From Squalus acanthias (Eukaryota), in contig CM059431.1 in NCBI GenBank assembly GCA_030390025.1, positions 154,506,001 through 154,570,000 on the forward strand: a stretch of 64,000 bases of DNA, read 5' to 3'. The translations under genes were made by a program, and so were the position numbers. Shown here piece after piece: positions 1 through 12,773 of the stretch (within the stretch, counting starts at the first letter, position 1; the number at the start of each line of letters is the position of its first letter). The notes beneath the pieces were generated by a model. That model was not told where the DNA came from. It made no database searches and was given only the letters and a program-made list of their open reading frames with translations.

Positions 1-25
1 TTGTGTACACATACCCCTATATCTC

Positions 26-236
26 GGAAATAGTCAGCAGGTCAGGCAGCATCTGTGGACAGAGAAACAGAGTTAACGTTTCAGATCGATGACCCTTCGT
101 CAGAACTGGCGAAGGGTCATCGACCTGAAACGTTGACTCTGTTTGTCTCTCCACAGATGCTGCCTGACCTGCTGAGTATTTCCAGCACTTTCTGTTTTTA
201 TTTCAGATTTCCAGCATCTACAGTATATTTCTTTTG
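26..236. mobile_element. Penelope-type non-autonomous foldback (inverted pseudo-LTR) insertion, family A
   Basis: Inverted arms at ~26-99 and ~110-183. 14-bp TSD with one mismatch (TACCCCTATATCTC 12-25 / TACCCCTAGATCTC 237-250). Contains a hammerhead motif. Confidence 0.75.
71..107 (-). ncRNA. Minimal type-I hammerhead ribozyme motif
   Basis: Minus strand reads AGUU CUGACGA A GGGUC AUC GAUCU GAAA CGUU AACU. It has the core CUGANGA/GAAA, stem II with G-U pairs, stem I AGUU/AACU and a palindromic stem III (AACGUU). Confidence 0.65.
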
Positions 237-1400
237 TACCCCTAGATCTCTCTGTTCATGCACCTCTTTAGAATTGTAATCTTTAGTTTATATTGCCTCT
301 CCTCGTTCTTCCGACCAAAATGTATCACATCACACTTTACTGCGTAAAATTTCATCTGCCACGTTTCCGCCCATTTCACTAACATGCTTATGTGTTCTTA
401 AAGTCTATGATTATCCTCCTCACTGTTTACTATACTTCCAAGCTTTGTGTCATCTGCAGATTTCGCAATTGAGCGCTGTACACACAAGTCCAAGTCATTA
501 ATATATATCCAGAAAACTAGTGGTCCTAACACCGACCGCTGGATAACAGCACTGTATACCGCCCTCCAGTCCCAGAAACAGCCGTTCACCACTACTCTCG
601 TTTCTTGTCACTTTGTCAATGTCGTATCCAAGCGGTCAATGTCCCTTTTATTACATGGACTTCAGCTTTGCTGGCAAACCTATTATGTGTCACTTTATCA
701 AACGCTGCTTGGAACTCCATGTGCACAACATGAGCCGCATTGCCCTCAACAATCCTTTCTGTTACCTCATCAAAATACTCGATCAATTTATTAAACACGA
801 TTTGCCTTTAACAGCTCCGTGCTGGGTTTCTTTAATTAATCCACATTTGTACAAGCGACTGTAATTTTTTTCACTGATTATCGTTTCCAAAATGCTTCCC
901 CACTACCGAGGTTAACCTGACTGGCATGTACTTGCTGGGTTTAGTTCACACCCTTTTTTGAAGAAGGATGTAACATTTGCAACACTGCAGTTCTCTGGCA
1001 CCACCGCTGTATCTCAGCAGGATTGGAAGATTATGACCTCCGTTCTTTGAGTTCATCAACGAACTCAGTCAAGTAAGCCAAACACGATTTGCCTTTAACA
1101 AATCTGCACTGACTTTCATTTATTTACCCATACTTTTTCCAAGTGCCAATTAATTTTGTCCGGATGTCTAAACGTTTCCCCACCCCCGATATTAGACTGA
1201 TTGGCCTAATTTATCTTCCTCCCTTTTTTGAACGAATTGTGTAACATTTGTCATCCTGCAGTTATCTGGCGCATCTCCCAAATCAGAGGAGGATTGGAAG
1301 ATTGTGGCCATAGACTCCGCAACTTCCATCCTTATTCCCCTCAGCAACCATCCCGACCGGGCGACTTTTCTAGTTTAATTACTGAATAACTTTTAGTACA
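237..1400 (-). mobile_element. Degenerate CR1 LINE ORF2 (RT) fragments
   Basis: ORFs 398-592 (SVLGPLVFWIYINDLD..SADDTKLG) and 616-798 (VVHMEFQAAFDKV). Confidence 0.8.
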
Positions 1401-1559
1401 TGCAATCTAACCCTATCTTAGTCTGCTTCGTTTTGTCCAGCCTGGCTGATAGCTCTTATTTCTGAAATATTCTTTTTCGTACTGCTGTTTTCACTCTGTG
1501 ATTTTTACTCTCCTATCTAATGTTTCATTCTTGCCCCATCTGTCTGTCAAATTAATGTA

Positions 1560-2090
1560 TACCCTCCACCACCAAACTAGTTAACCTACCTGAGAAGATA
1601 TTGCTCCCTGCCTGTTAGAGTGCTACACTCCCATATTTTACAGAGTTATTCTGCACCATACCTGTATCAATTGCCGAGGAATCGGAAGCCCACCCTCCGG
1701 CAGCATTTCTCCAGTCGGGCGTTAACCGTTAATATTTTACTGCTCATATACTCACTAGCACGCAGCACTGCGTGTAATTCAGAGATTACTAACTTTGAAA
1801 TCCTGCTCTTAAAAATTATGCCTACCTGCTAAAAATCTGTCTGTACGTTAACAACCCTTTTCCTACCTATGTTATTGGATACAACATAGACCACGACTTC
1901 TGGCTGTTCCGGTCCCGTCGCAACGTGTTCTGCGCCTGTTTAGTGATGTCCTTTACCCTGGCACCAGGGAGGCAGCATACCCTGCTAGAATCACGTCGGC
2001 GTTTGCAGAAACGCCTGTCTATCTCCATGACCATGGAATCGCCTATGTCCAATGCATTTCTGCACTTTTCTGTTCCCCCTGTGAAGTAAT
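1560..2090 (-). mobile_element. Degenerate CR1 ORF1 (SGNH esterase-like) fragment
   Basis: ORF 1867-2052, IGDSMV..IDRRFC..RVCCLPGARVKD, matches ORF1 at 39199-39576. Confidence 0.75.
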
Positions 2091-3242
2091 TTGCCCGCTG
2101 TGCCGTTGATGTGCTCTAGAGTACATGACAACTAAACTGCACTTCCAAAAATAAGTAATTGAATGTAAGCACTCTGGGACGTCCTGTGGTCGTGAAACCG
2201 CAATATAAATGCAATGTCTTTCTTTTTTTTAGACTGCAGTTCCCCGTGCTGTTGTCCGCACTGAAAATAAGTTTGAGACTGACACAGTCCCGGGGGTTTC
2301 CTGCATTTCCTGCCGTTCCTACCCACCAGATGGCCACACTCTTACTGTACTTCAGTAACAAGAGCGGTACTGATAATGAGGCAAAGCATCAAATTACATG
2401 GTCAAGTGTGCCTCCCGTTACCCTGACACCTCCCTTAATGATTCACTTTCCAATGAAGAGCACCAGATTTTGTTCGCAGCTCATTTAAAAAATATATATT
2501 CTAAACTGATAAATTGGTATATTATTACGCATTGGATAAACTCAGGCAGAACTCTTGCACTTATTTGAAAGTTGCATTGAGGTTACCTTCAACGAGCACT
2601 TTTTGTGCTGAATACAAGTGTTTGCAAGTGTGTGGTGGTGACTCGCAGGATTCAGTCTGGGGCCACTTATGTTTCTATTACTAATTTTAATGTAGATCTT
2701 GTTCAATACTTGCAGATGGTGTAAAAATGAAGTATTTATATCTTTCCTAACGTGATATATATTTACTATTTAGGAAATTGAAAATATAGATGTTCTAAAA
2801 ATGACGTATGAAATCAAGGTCTGTGTCAGTTAATACTTACTTGTAAAATATCAGCTGCAATTGCACACTGAATTGAGGTAGATTCTGTGCTGTGGCGGAG
2901 CTGAGTGATGAAAGGGTACACGTTCAAAGGAGATAAAAGGCAGCACCTCAGGTTGATAAGACCGTAGAAAATGGAACTGTAGTCTAGGTTTAATTTCAAG
3001 TGTTATAGAATGAAGAATTTCAGAGAGTAATGTATTTATATAAATACTTAGTAAGACATCCATTGGAGTAGTGTGTGCACAATCAAGCTATAGTCTTCAG
3101 GAAGGATATTCAGGTCTACAGAGCGTCAAATCAGATTGACTGGTATGCTAACTGATATCATCTAAACAGATACAAATGAAGACTTGGATAGCTCCTTTTT
3201 ATCATTAGAACCGCACTTATTTAGAGTGATGTGATAGATATG

Positions 3243-3672
3243 GAAACATAGAAACATAGAATCTAGGAGCAGGAGTAGGCCATTCGGCCCGTCGAGCCTG
3301 CTCCGCCATTCAATACGATCATGGCTGATCATCCAAATCCAGTACCCTGTCCCTGCTTTAATCCCCACAGTACACATATCCCACCCTACCCCCGTAACCC
3401 CACGTATTTAATTCCCCCTAACATATCCCATCCTATCCCCATAACCCCACATATTTAATCCCCCCTAACACTAAGGGTCAATTTATCATAGCCAAATCAA
3501 CCTAACCCACACATTTTTGGACTGTGGGAGGAAACCGGAGCACCCGGAGGAAACCCACGCAGACACGGGGAGAATGTGCAAACTCCACACAGACAGTCAC
3601 CCGAGGTCAGATTCGAACCCGGGTCTCTGGCGCTGTGAGGCACCAGTGCTAACCACTATGCCACCGTGTTGC
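3243..3672 (-). mobile_element. HE1-like V-SINE (tRNA head, V-domain, CR1-derived tail), full length
   Basis: Minus-strand tRNA-like head with A/B boxes (TGGCATAGTGG, GGTTCGAATC) and a V-domain (GTGTGGAGTTTGCACATTCTCCCCGTGTCTGCGTGGGTTTCCTCCGGGTGCTCCGGTTTCCTCCCACAGTCCAAA). CR1 3' stem-loop tail with 8-bp repeats. TSD ATATG at 3238-3242 and 3673-3677. Empty site in the paralog at ~12990. Confidence 0.9.
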
Positions 3673-4751
3673 ATATGTTTAAAGTTATGAACGGTTGAGA
3701 CAAAATAGATGGAAGCAGGCTATTTTCATTAGCTGATGTATCACGAACAAAGGAGCCAATTAAGTTAACGTTTAGATTTTCCCAATCCCACAATGAATTG
3801 AAGACACTCCCAAACAGTTAAAATACGGATTAAATCTAATGGTGAAATTACAACAACACAATTGAAGAAAACAAGCCAATGAAGCAGCAACTTCACTTGT
3901 TTACCGAAACACATTTGCTGTTTAAGTTTCAGTACTTGAAACTCGGAGCCTGATAATCATGAGTGGGAACATCCTGATCAAGGCAGAGGCTGCAACACAT
4001 CAACTAGAGAATTTCTGCCAGAGAATATAATCATTGTTCTTTTGTTAATAGGAAAATGATACGTGACAGCAATTGTAAACATTCATGGCAATAATGATTA
4101 GATTAGCATAAGAACAGAAGACATAAGAACATAAGAATATAGAACATAAGTTGTAGAAGTAGGAGTAGGTCATTTGGCCCCTCGAGCCTACTCCGCCATT
4201 CAATAAGATCATGGATGATCTGATCTTGGCCTCAACTCCACTTCCCTGCCCGCTCCCCATAACACTTCACTCCCTTACCTTTCAAAAATCTGTCTATCTC
4301 CACCTTAAATATATACAATGACTCAGCCTCCACAGCTCTCTGGGGAAGAGAATTCCAAAGATTCACGACCTTTGAGAGAAGAAATTCCTCCTCATTTCCG
4401 ATTTAAAAGGGTGCCCCCTTATTCTGAAATAATGCCCCCTAGTTCTAGATTCCCACAGGAGGGGGAACATCCTCTCTGCCTCTACCCTTTCAAGCCCCTT
4501 CAGAATCGAATATGTTTCAATAAGATCCATTCTCATTTATCTCAACTCCAATGAGTATAGGCCAAACTGCTCAACCTTTCTTCATACGATAATCCCTTCA
4601 TCTCCGGAATCAAGCTCTTGAACATTCTCTGAACTGCCTCCAACGCAAGTACATCCTTCCTTAAATAAGGAGACCAAAACTGTACGCAGTACTCCAGATG
4701 TGGGCTCACCAACGCCCTGTACAGTTTTAACAGGACTTCCCTACAATTATA

Positions 4752-5943
4752 GATACATAGATACATAGAAGATAGGAGCAGGAGTAGGCCATCCGGCCCT
4801 TCGAGCCTGCTCCGCCATTTAATGAGATCATGGCTGATCCTCCAATTCAGTATCCCGTCCCCGCCTTCTCTCCGTAACCCTTAACCCCTTTTGCCTGTAG
4901 AAATATATCTAATTCCCTCTTAAATATATTTAATGAGCTGGCGTACACTGCCCTCTGTGGCAATGAGTTCCACAGGTTCACCACCCTCTGAGTGAAGAAA
5001 TTCCCCCTCATTTCTGTCCTAAATGGTTTAGCCCTTTTCCTTAAATTATGTCCTCTAGTTCTGTTCTCACCCGCCAAGGGAAACATTCCTTCTGCATCTA
5101 GTCTGTCTAGACCTGTCAGAATTTTATACACTTCTATGAGGTCCCCTCTCAATCTTCTAAACTCCAGTGTGTACATCCCTAAACTACATAGTCTCTCCTC
5201 GTAGGTCAATCCCGCCATTCCTGGTATCAGCCTGGTGAATCGCCGCTGTACCCCCTCCATGGCAAGAACATCTTTCCTCAGATGAGGCGACCAAAACTGT
5301 ACACAGTACTCGAGGTGTGGTCTCACCAGTGCCCTGTATAGCTGCAGCAAGGTATCCCTGTTCCTGTATTCCAACCCTTTTGCTATGAAGGCCAGCATAC
5401 CGTTTGCCTTCTTGACCGCCTGTTGCACCTGCATGCTCGCCTTCAGTGACTGGTGTACAAGAACACCCAGGTCTCTCTGTACTTCCCCCTCTCCCAATTT
5501 ATTGCCATTTAAATAAAAATTTGCCCTCCCGTTCCTGCACCCAAGGTTGATAACTTCGCACTTGTCCACATTATAGTGCATCTGCCATTTAACCGCCCAA
5601 TCACCCAGTCTGTCCAAATCGCTCTGGAGCTTCCTGGTCTCCTCCTCTGAGCCCACCCCCCCTCCTAGTTTAGTGTCGTCTGCAAATTTGGAAATGCTGC
5701 ATCCGACTCCCTGATCCAGTTCATTAATGTAAATTGTGAACAGCTGGGGACCCAGGACAGAACCCTGCGGTACCCCACTTGTTACTGCCTGCCATTCAGA
5801 AAATGAGCCGTTTATTCCAACTCTCTGTTTTCTATCTGACAGCCAGTTCTCTATCCACGTCAATACTTTCCCCTTTATCCCATGAGCTTCAATTTTCCAT
5901 GCTAATCTTTTATGTGGGACCTTGTCGAAGGCCTTTTGCAATA
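4752..5943 (-). mobile_element. Young 5'-truncated CR1 LINE
   Basis: Uninterrupted RT C-terminal frame (QGSVLGP, FADD) ending at 4847. (GATACATA)n tail. TSD AATTATA at 4745-4751 and 5944-5950. Confidence 0.95.
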
Positions 5944-6750
5944 AATTATACGCCATTCCCTTTGCAATAAAGGCCAACACTCCATTGGCCTTCCCAATTA
6001 ATTGTTGTGCATGCATGCTAACTTTTAGTGATTCGTGTACAAGGACCGCTTCTGATCGCTCTGTTCCTAATCAGTTCGTAAACTCTCTCCATTTTAATAA
6101 TAATGAGCTTTTTTATTTTTCCTACCAAACTGGAAAACCTCGCATTTTGCCACATTAATCTCCATCTGACAAATTTTTGCCCACTCACTTGGCCTATCTA
6201 TATCCCTTTGGAGATTCTTTCCGTCCTCCACACAATTTGCTTTCCCACCTATCTTTGTATCATTAGCAAATTTGGCTACATTATACTAGGTACCTTCATC
6301 CAACTCATTAATATAGATTGTAACTAGTTGAGGCCCCAGCACTGATACCTGAGGCACAGCGCTAGCTAAAGTTTGACAAGCTGAAAATGTCCCATTAATC
6401 CCGAATCTCTATTTTCTGTTAGTTAGCCAATCCATGCTAATATATTACCTCAAGCTCTGATTTTGTGTAGTGGCAACTTTCTGGTAATCCAAATACACGA
6501 CATCTACTGGTTCCCCTTTATCCACCCTGCTCGTTACTTCCTCAAAGAACTCCAGCGAATTTGTCAAACATGATTTCCCTTTCATGAACCATGCTGACTC
6601 TTCTTGATTATATTGTGATTTTCTAAATGTCCGGCTATAACTTCCTTAATACATAGATACATAGATACATAGAAGATAGGAGCAGGAGTAGGCCATCCGG
6701 CCCTTCGAGCCTGCTCCGCCATTTAATGAGATCATGGCTGATCCTTCAAT

Positions 6751-9703
6751 TCAGTATCCCGTCCCCGCCTTCTCTCCGTAACCCTTAACCCCTTTTGCCT
6801 GTAGAAATATATCTAATTCCCTCTAAAATATATTTAATGAGCTGGCGTACACTGCCCTCTGTGGCAATGAGTTCCACAGGTTCACCACTCTCTGAGTGAA
6901 GAAATTCCCCCTCATTTCTGTCCTAAATGGTTTAGCCCTTATCCTTAAATTATGTCCTCTAGTTCTGTTCTCACCCGCCAAGGGAAACATTCCTTCTGCA
7001 TCTAATCTGTCTAGACCTGTCAGAATTTTATACACTTCTATGAGGTCCCCTCTCAATCTTCTAAACTCCAGTGTGTACATCCCTAAACTACATAGTCTCT
7101 CCTCATAGGTCAATCCCGCCATTCCTGGTATCAGCCTGGTGAATCGCCGCTGCACCCCCTCCATGGCAAGAACATCTTTCCTCAGATGAGGCGACCAAAA
7201 CTGTACACAGTACTCGAGGTGTGGTCTCACCAGTGCCCTGTACAGCTGCAGCAAGGTATCCCTGTTCCTGTATTCCAACCCTTTTGCTATGAAGGCCAGC
7301 ATACCGTTTGCCTTCTTGACCGCCTGTTGCACCTGCATGCTCGCCTTCAGTGACTGGTGTACAAGAACACCCAGGTCTCTCTGTACTTCCCCCTCTCCCA
7401 ATTTATTGCCATTTAAATAATAATTTGCCCTCCCGTTCCTGCACCCAAGGTGGATAACTTCGCACTTGTCCACATTATAGTGCATCTGCCATTTATCCGC
7501 CCAATCACCCAGTCTGTCCAAATCGCTCTGGAGCTTCCTGGTCTCCTCCTCTGAGCCCACCCCCCCCTCCTAGTTTAGTGTCGTCTGCAAATTTGGAAAT
7601 GCTGCATTCGACTCCCTGATCCAGGTCATTAATATAAATTGTGAACAGCTGGGGACCCAGGACAGATCCCTGTGGTACCCCACTTGTTACTGCCTGCCAT
7701 TCAGAAAATGAGCCGTTTATTCCAACTCTCTGTTTTCTATCTGACAGCCAGTTCTCTATCCACGTCAATACTTTCCCCTTTATCCCATGAGCTTCAATTT
7801 TCCATGCTAATCTTTTATGTGGGACCTTATCGAAGGCCTTTTGGAAGTCCAGGTACACCACATCTACTGGCTCTCCCCCATCTATTTTACCAGTTACTCC
7901 CTCAAAAAATTCCAATAGATTAGTCAAGCACGATTTACCCTTTGTAAATCCATGTTGACTCTGTCCTATCCTGTCCCCATTTGCTAAGTGCTCGGCTATT
8001 TCATCCTTAATGATGGACTCCAGCATTTTGCCCACAACTGATGTAAGGCTTACAGGTCTGTAATTACCTGCTTTTTCCCTACCCCCCTTTTTGAATAGTG
8101 GGGTAACGTTAGCTACCCTCCAATCCATGGGCACTGTTCCCGAGTCTAATGAATTCTGAAAAATCATGCTTAGTGCATCCGCTATCTCTAGGGCCACCTC
8201 CTTCAGTACCCTAGGATGCATGTTATCAGGCCCTGGGGATTTGTCCGCCTTCAATCCCTTTAGCTTCCTTAACACCATATCCTTAGAGATATTGATTTGC
8301 GTCAGTTCCTCCTTTGCCAATGTCCCTATTTTTCCCGATATCCCAGGGAGGTTTTTTGTGTCTTCCTTCGTAAAGACTGACCCAAAGTATGCATTTAGTT
8401 GGTCTGCCATTTCCTTATTTCCCATTATATATTCCCCCGTATCTGACTGCAATGGACCAACTTTGGTTTTCACCAGTCTTTTCCTCTTGATATATTTATA
8501 AAAGCTTTTGGAGTTAGTTTTTATATTTTCCGCCAGCTTGCTTTCGTAAGCTATTTTGCCCTTCTTGATTAAGCCCTTTGCCCTCCTTTGCTCTATCTTA
8601 AACTGTTCCCAATCTTCCGCTCCGGCGCGTTTTTTGGCTATTTTATACGCCCTATCTTTGGATTTTATGCTGTCTCTAATTTCCCCTGTTATCCACGGTT
8701 GAGTCACCTTTTTAGATTTCCTTTTATGCCAGATTGGTATAAACAATTTTTGCAATTTTGTCATTCTATCTTTAAATGCTTGCCATTGTTTATCTACCTC
8801 CAGTCCTCCCAGGAACGTTGTCCAATCAGACCTACTCAGTTCCCGTCTAATGGCATCATAATTCCCCTTGTTTAAATTCAGGACCTGAGTCTCTGAGTCA
8901 ATTTCTTCGCTCTCCATTTCGAGTGAGAAATCGATCATGTTATGATCGCTCTGACCCAAGGGTCCCCGTACAACAAGATTACTAATTAGTCCCTTCTCAT
9001 TGCACAGTACCCAGTCCAATATAGCCTGTTCCCGAGTTGGTTCCTCGACATATTGATCCAGATAACCATCCCTTAAACACTCAAGGAATTCCTCCTCCTC
9101 ATTATTTTTACTGATTAGGCTAGTCCAATCTATATGTAAGTTAAAGTCACCTATGATGACAGCTGTGCTCTTATTGCACGCTTCTCTAATTTCCCTCGTG
9201 ATGCCCTCCCCAACCTCTATTTTACTATTTGGAGGCCTATATACCACTCCTATTAATGTTTTTCGCCCCTCGCTATTTCTTAGCTCCACCCATATAGATT
9301 CTGTATTAACTGAGTTAATATCCTTCCTTTCAATTGCATTTATCCCCTCTTTTACCAGCAATGCTACCCCTCCTCCCTTTCTTTTTTGTCGATCCTTCCT
9401 AAATACTGAATACCCCTGTATGTTAAGCTCCCAGCCCTGCTCACCCTGCAACCATGTTTCCGTAATCCCAATTAGATCATAATTATTAACCTCTATTTCC
9501 ACAGCTAATTCATCTACCTTGTTCCTGATGCTTCTCGCATTAAGGTATAAAACCCTCAGGCTTTTTTTATGCTCACATTTTCTATGAATTAGTTTGGCCC
9601 TTTGTTTTTTGTTCCTCTCCTTTTTACCATTTATTTCTGTCTGCCTTTCACTTTCCTCTATTTCACTACATGGGTTTCTAGCCCCCTGCCATACTAGTTT
9701 AAA
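6751..9703 (-). pseudogene. CR1 ORF2: APE endonuclease + reverse transcriptase, near intact
   Basis: Endonuclease motifs YLNARS, ITETWL, VYRPP, GDFN and SDH; RT motifs [22 protein letters not shown] and FADD. Two lesions: an extra C in the run at 7560-7567, and a TAG at 6823-6825. Confidence 0.9.
9697..9703 (-). promoter_or_regulatory. Candidate -1 ribosomal frameshift slippery site U_UUA_AAC at the ORF1/ORF2 overlap
   Basis: ORF1 ends CAU UUA AAC UAG. The -1 frame is open from 9718 into ORF2, with no AUG until after the SDH motif. Confidence 0.6.
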
Positions 9704-12700
9704 TGCTCCCGAACTGCTTTATCAAAATTTACCCCGAGAACATCAGTTCCATCTTTGCACAGGTGTAGACCGTCCCTTTTGTATAGGTCACACCTACCAC
9801 AAAACTGGTCCCAATGCCTCAAAAATTTAAAACCCTCCCTCTTACACCACTGTAATGACGGATTCCAACATTTTCCCAATGACAGATATTAGGCTAACTG
9901 TTCGAAAGTTGCCTGCTTACTGTCTCTCTTCTTTCTTAAATAGGGGCGTTACATTTGTGGATTTCCAGTCCGCTGGGACCTCTCCAGAACCAGGGAATTT
10001 TGGTCGGAAATGGGAGTAGCAGTAGCCCATTTGGCCCTTCGTGGCTGTTTCGCCATTCAATGAGATCATGGCAGATCTTGTACCTCATCGCCACTTTCCT
10101 GCACTATCCCCATATCCGTTGATTCCCTCAACATAAAGGGCCTCATAGCGAGATTACCAGGACCGGGATTCGAATGTAGTTCATTTGCACAGAGTTAGAA
10201 TCTGGACAAAGAAGCAGCTAGATATCGAAATTTAAGATAATTCAAAACTGTTAAAGTTTCAGTTTTGTGAGATTACTGTGCCCTTCGATCTGGTGTTGAA
10301 TCTAAGAAACTAACAGCGATCTTTGTTCGTTGCTATCTGTGGCATTTTATATTCCGATAATATGGTAGTTTTATGGAGAACAATAACATCGTGTGGAGGA
10401 CATGGAGCTGATTCCTGCAACAGAACACAATTTCTCTGCGGGGTCTTCTGAACTGCAGATGGAAGAGGCGGAGGACATTTAATAATTGTTAGCACACCAA
10501 GCATTAATGACTTTGGTTAAAGGATCAGTAACTCACCAGGACAGTTCAACCTGAATGAGACCGTGTTTAATTCAGATCAAGCCCTGCACCAGAGATTAGG
10601 GTGGGGAGAGATTGTACTGATCAGGGCTGATGGTCGTGCTTATAACTGTGATATGTAACTACTGTACCCAGGGTGTATACATTACCATGCGGAACATGCA
10701 GCGTTATTTATCCGGATTCTCTGGAACCAGAATCAGTAGCCGCAGCACAAGGTAAGGACCGGAATATACTGAGCACCATTATAGCATTTTTATGTATTTC
10801 AAAATTTGCAGTATCCATCATGGATCAAGTCAGAAAATATTGTTTTTTCAGAAATTAATTTACTGGATGTAGCGCCATTTAACAGAATAAAACTTTAAAA
10901 TGTAAACTCGTACCCTGAAATTATATTGGTGTAATTCGTATATCAATATTTTTTTCTGCTTTATGACACGGCTATGATCAAAATGTTAGAAGTTGATATT
11001 CTTCAACATAAATCACACCCAGTAACCATCACCGAAATCAAGGATTACAGACATCATTAACCTTCATTGAACCCATATTGACCTCAGGATTCTAGAGCTC
11101 CTTGTGCCAAACGCATCAAATAACGCCTTGTTGTCGAGGAGAGGTATGTTCACATTTCCGCTGTCACTTAACTCTTGCACCTGTAAACTTCTCAGGATCG
11201 AGGAGTTCAGGCATTACCCGAAATTCGCGTCTGTGAGCAGGTGATTGTTAAGTGAGTGCGGCTTGATCACTCTATTTATGAGTCGCTCCATCGCTCTGCT
11301 GATTATTGAGAGGTGACTGATAGGAGGATAATTGGTTGAGTCAGTGTGTCCTTAATTTCGCGGATAGGATATAGCTGGTGATCCAAAATATATCCCTCAA
11401 GAGCAAAAATTCCCCTTGTGCAGTCAAAGAACCATGATCTACATTTGAGTTAAGACGCAGTATAAAACTAATGTCAGGGACTTACACAAATAGCAGAAGA
11501 CTGTCAAAAATATAAAAAGCAACTAAGGGACACAAAGAAATTATTAAAAGCTGCTGGAATGGAACACGAACAAATTTTCCAAGCGATATAACTGCTAATT
11601 TATAAATAATGTATAAATATATCAAGTGTAAGAAAGTGGATGATATTAATGACAGACACAGGTGATACGGAAATAGTTAACAAGGTAATAGCCGAGTATT
11701 TTTTTAAGTACTTTTTATTGGATTTCACAGCATAGGAAGATGACAAAATACCAATGATAGAAGGGAAACTAAAAATAAATCAAGGAGAGGAATTACTGCA
11801 TTCCAAATATTAAAAATTGTAACGGGGAAATCAATGGACATCGGATAGATACATCTCCAGGTCTTCATTTTCCACCATAGGGTATTAAAATAAGCATGGG
11901 TGGGAATTATACAAACGTTATGTGGATTTACAGAAGGCATTTCGTGCCTTTCCCACCCAGCAGATGGCCACACTCATACTGTCCTTCATTAAAAAGTGAT
12001 TTACTGATAATAAGGCAACATGTCAAATTATATAGTCAAGTGGGATTCCCGTTACCACGAAATCTTCCTTAATGATTCAATTTCAAAGAAGAGCAACAGT
12101 ATTTGTCCGCAGCAGAATTAAAAAATATGTATTCTAAAGTGTTAAACTGATGTATTTTTACGCATTGGATACACTCTGGCAGAACACTTGCACATATTTG
12201 AAAGTTGCATTGAGGTTACCTGAAACGAGCACCTGTTGTGCTGAAAACAACTGGTTGGAAGTGAGTGGTGGTGACTCGCAGGATTCAGTCTGGGGCCACT
12301 TATATTTCTATTACTAGTTTGAATATAAATCTTGCTCAATATTTGCAGATGGTGTAATAATTAAGTATTTATATATTTCCTAACGTGATATATAATTACT
12401 ATATAGGAAATTGAAAATATAGGGGATGTGCTAAAAATGACATTTGAAATCAATGCAGTGTTAGGTGATACATACTTGTAAAATATCAGCTGCAATCGCA
12501 CACTGAATTGAGGGAGATTCGGTGCTGTGTCGGAGCAGAGTGTGTAGAGGATACACGTTCACGGGACATATAATGCAGCACCTCAGGTTGATAAGGCCGT
12601 AGAAAATGCAGTGGTAGTCTAGGTTTAATTTCATGTTTTATAGAATAAAGAATTTGAGATAGTAATGTATTTAAATAAACACTTAGAAAGACTTCCATTG

Positions 12701-12773
12701 GAGTAGACTGTGCTCCATCAAGCTATAGTCTTCAGGGAGGATATTCAGCTCTACGCAGCGTTACATCAGATTT

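Larger units (their letters stand above)
6651..9852 (-). mobile_element. Young CR1 LINE containing the 3' end of ORF1 and all of ORF2
   Basis: Near-identical to 4752-5943 and to 58972-61355. TSD TAAT at 6647-6650 and 9853-9856. ORF1 ends at 9694. Confidence 0.95.
4107..10005 (-). mobile_element. 5'-truncated CR1 LINE hosting two younger CR1 copies (segments ~4107-4751, 5944-6650, 9853-10005)
   Basis: GAACATAA-type tail. RT C-terminus in ORF 4542-4766. The host sequence resumes colinearly after each insertion. Confidence 0.85.

Noticed and set aside
4992..9482. Plus-strand ORFs such as MKKFPLISVLNG.. and [12 protein letters not shown]..
   Set aside because: Antisense shadows of CR1 ORF2, which recur wherever the LINE recurs.
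10640..10757. Ig/TCR J segments (ACTGTG upstream and GGTAAG donor, duplicated at ~14.1 kb)
   Set aside because: No F/W-G-x-G motif in any frame, and no correctly spaced heptamer-nonamer RSS.
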